DNA of 64,000 nucleotides from Hydrolagus affinis (Eukaryota). The stretch covers positions 1 through 64,000 of the forward strand of contig JAAILG010001132.1 in the NCBI GenBank assembly GCA_012026655.1. Direction: 5' to 3'. The position numbers were made by a program, and so were the translations under genes. This document shows, piece by piece, positions 61,029 through 64,000 of this stretch. A model generated the notes under the pieces. The model was not told the origin of the DNA, ran no database searches, and worked only from the letters and a program-made list of their open reading frames with translations. Every line of letters starts with the position of its first letter. Position 1 is the first letter of the stretch.

Positions 61029-62706
61029 CTTCTCAGTTCATATGAAAAAGAAAGGAATTATTACAAACTGTCTACGCTTACACCAAATAATAGTATGCAA
61101 GCATTTAAATAGCATCAAACACATTTAAGTTGCTGCATCCCTACATACGTTCAGTTTCTAAACAATTATTAAGAGTACTGCACTGAAGTTAAGCACTATA
61201 AATTTACAAGGATGACCAGTCATTTTAGATACAAACATTATTGCATTATGGCATTCAAAATAAACTCGTTCTTTTGATTTCTCTTTTAATGCTAAAAATA
61301 ATGCTTCCAGCAAAATACTACAGCATTTTTCTTTATGACGAGATTAATGTTTTAATCAAAGAGTAACTAACGTGAACATAATATACACAATAACATTCAG
61401 ACTCAATGAATGCTGATTTTCTAATCAGAGACTATCTCAGCAGGATTGATTTCCTTGCTAAGGCACGGTGGTTTCAACATGCATCATCACCAAGTCAGAA
61501 CTCTAGTAGTAGTTTTTCCTTCATGTTCTGACATATACAAATATTGTCTTTACAATCAAAGAATATCTGAGAAATGAGAATTAAAACACTGCTTTTGTAT
61601 TTTTGTAAGATATATATACCATGTATACACACACACATAGCATGGTATTGATTGTAATATTGTCCACACAGAGCAAGTTAAAAAGGAATGCTGCAACTTC
61701 ACAAAATCACAAGATTCAACACTGCAAACATGTTTTAAAATCACACACAGACTTCAGCACAGATATTCAACATAGAAGGTTTTTTTCAAGTATTTATGCA
61801 GAACTTTCATTCAATTAATAAGTGGGTAGTTCACAATGAGGGGGTTATCTATAATCTACCGTCATAGCCATGGCCTTGATAAGAATTTTTTTTCTTGTAT
61901 TCTTAATTAAACACACATAGATCAAAATGGTTCCAGTATGTAATCCATAATATGGTCAACAAACTCAAGAAAGTGTGACCTGGTCAATTTCCCCTCTATT
62001 TACATATTAGTCTTTTACCTCAATATAAATGAAAATATGATGGTCATCTGCTATATTTCTGACATATTCTAATCTTAAAATGCTACAAGTCCTTGTAATA
62101 GCAATAGATCTGGACATCAAGCACATAGAAGTCAACACTAAGGGATTCCAAATATCTATATTCTTAAGGCTCTAAGACACTGCCCTTGCGTGGAAGGCAC
62201 AATATAAGTGAAAGTTGTTGTTGTGGTAAAAGATATTCTTTATAATATTCTGTTCTCAGCAAAACATTCTGAACAATAACATAAATTCCTTGTGTCACAA
62301 ATCATGCAACTCCATTATTGTAGCAGAAAATACAAACACACACCAAACAGCAACATTCAGAGTAGAGCAGCGCTCAACCGTTTTGAAATGAAGCCATCAA
62401 TAAAACAGGGCTTTTATGGTTAGGAGGGAAATATAAATAGTTGTAGCTGCAACTCTGTCCATTGCAAAAACAAAAAATGTATTGCAAATCTAAATAGTGT
62501 GTACAGTATTTGAATTCTAAAATATCAAGTTACATATGAGGAATATAGTTTGGATCAGTGGAGTTTAAACATTCTAAATAGGTAGTGGTAAAATAGTCAT
62601 GTTCAAAGTTTTATTTATTGATGAGCTAACCATGGAAGCCCCAATAGAAAACTCCACATCTATCAGCCACATGCTGCAATGTAAACTGTCCACGTAAACC
62701 ACTTAC

Positions 62707-62865
62707 CCCCCTTCTGAAGTTCTTGAAAGAAGGAATTCTGGGTTTCACTGTCTTTATCTCATTCACACAGTAAGACAGTGGATCCCGAGAGAACTTGGGA
62801 GACTGAAGCCCATAAGAAACAAATGATGAGCAAGAACTGGTAGGGGAAACGAAAGGGAGCGGTGG
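62707..62865 (-). CDS. FNBP1L: FNBP1L frame-preserving cassette exon (PPLPFVSPTSS...DPLSYCVNEIKTVKPRIPSFKNFRRG)
   Basis: 159 nt, phase 0/0, acceptor ttttacattag, donor GGG|gtaagt. Matches human ...YCMNEIKTGKPRIPSFRSLKRG. Confidence 0.93.
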
Positions 62866-63647
62866 CTAATGTAAAAAAAAACGTTTTAAAAATTCAATGG
62901 TTTGATATTGGCAGTCCGATCGGTGATATGTTTACATGCATTGTGCTTACAATGCAATTGTTTCTGGATTATTTTGGAGGGAAAAGAATCACTATTAAAC
63001 AATTTAGAAATTAATTAGACAAGGAACAAGATAAAAAGGCTCAAGGTAAATGGTGCTATATGTTCACGGCATTGCTGTATTTGGCTAGTTTGCCCAACAA
63101 TACAAAATTACGTTTGTACAGAGCCTTTCACGTCGGGAGGACGTCCCAAGCCTCTCAACAGTCAGGGATTATTTTACTCAACAGCAGTGAAGTTCAACCA
63201 AGTTACAACCAACCAAATTAAACTATCAAAGGACTGCATGTATGTCGGACACTGTTGCATTTTCAAGGGAAAACTGCTTAGGTTTGCTTGTACATAAATT
63301 AAAGCTATGTCCTGAAGAATCCCTGTCAGAATGGCATGCAAATCGTCACTAAATCGTTTATACTAGTAAACAAAATGAATCAATTCTTGTCCCATTGACA
63401 TAAATGAAATTCTACATAGGCTGAAACTCAAGAAAACCAGAAACAATCTACTTTCGATGAACAGGGGGGACAAATGAATGGATTAGAACTTAATTTAACT
63501 GCAGAAAACAACTGAATGAAAAGTATTCTTATTTATGAAAATCAATATTCATTTGAATTGTGGTAAGGACTTGTGGTTTTAGATGAGCCACTTCGCTATA
63601 ATTGTACAAAGAGCCGGTTCTCTTAATAAACAAACAAACCACTTTAC

Positions 63648-63848
63648 CTTGTTTTTCTTCCCAAATAGCCATAGCTTTCCCTTGGATTTCCCCACAGTGT
63701 GTTTCTGGTCGGCCTTTATTTCGTTTTTTTGTGCACTCAGACTACCATCCGATACTGTCCTATAAATGTTCTGACTGAAGTCTTCAAATGGGAAATCTCC
63801 AGGAGTTTCAAAGCCCGATTTAAAAGATTCTATCACTATCTGGCTGTC
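63648..63848 (-). CDS. FNBP1L: FNBP1L exon at the end of the F-BAR region ([26 protein letters not shown]...[12 protein letters not shown]); the gene continues beyond the window
   Basis: FKSGF.PPGD.PFED-type motif and [10 protein letters not shown]. Acceptor ttcacag, donor AAG|gtaaag. Confidence 0.97.
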
Positions 63849-64000
63849 CTGTGAAGGCAATTGTTCAAGTTAAATACATCTTAACCACCTATTGTTTCAA
63901 CAACAACAAAATTACATTTGTATAGTGCCTTTCACATCAGGAGGATGTCCCAAGGCGCTGGACAGTTACTGCTTCAGACCTGAGCTGAGGCCGGGGGGAG

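Noticed and set aside
55508-63848. Assignment to FNBP1 or TRIP10 instead of FNBP1L
   Set aside because: [12 protein letters not shown] ends, [23 protein letters not shown] and adjacency to BCAR3 all favour FNBP1L, despite the FNBP1-like microexon.

Overview
Vertebrate genomic DNA, most likely a cartilaginous fish such as a holocephalan. This is inferred from the compact introns, young L2 LINE pieces, shark-type CR1 tails and a dense tRNA-derived SINE family. Two genes lie tail to tail. On the + strand is a complete BCAR3 (NSP2/AND-34: SH2, Pro/Ser-rich linker, Cdc25-like/NSP domain). On the - strand is the 3' half of FNBP1L (Toca-1: end of F-BAR region, HR1, SH3). All exons were placed by hand from AG/GT boundaries and consistent reading-frame phases. 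The main surprise is two upstream exons (2101-2190 and 7910-8024) that together encode a complete SAM domain and splice in frame onto the exon carrying the canonical MAAGK start. This gives a 906-aa SAM-SH2-Cdc25-like BCAR3, an architecture I do not recall for human BCAR3. An internal promoter/first exon encodes a different, di-cysteine N-terminus. FNBP1L has a 15-nt microexon and two alternative C-termini (GAVTYI vs GS). Non-coding DNA contains about 30 SINE copies or fragments, older AmnSINE2-like and Deu-type SINE relics, L2 and CR1 fragments, one TA-flanked MITE, microsatellites, two splice-site-proximal inverted repeats and a 100-N gap. Most of the supplied ORF track is spurious. Family names come from recalled sequence, not from database searches.
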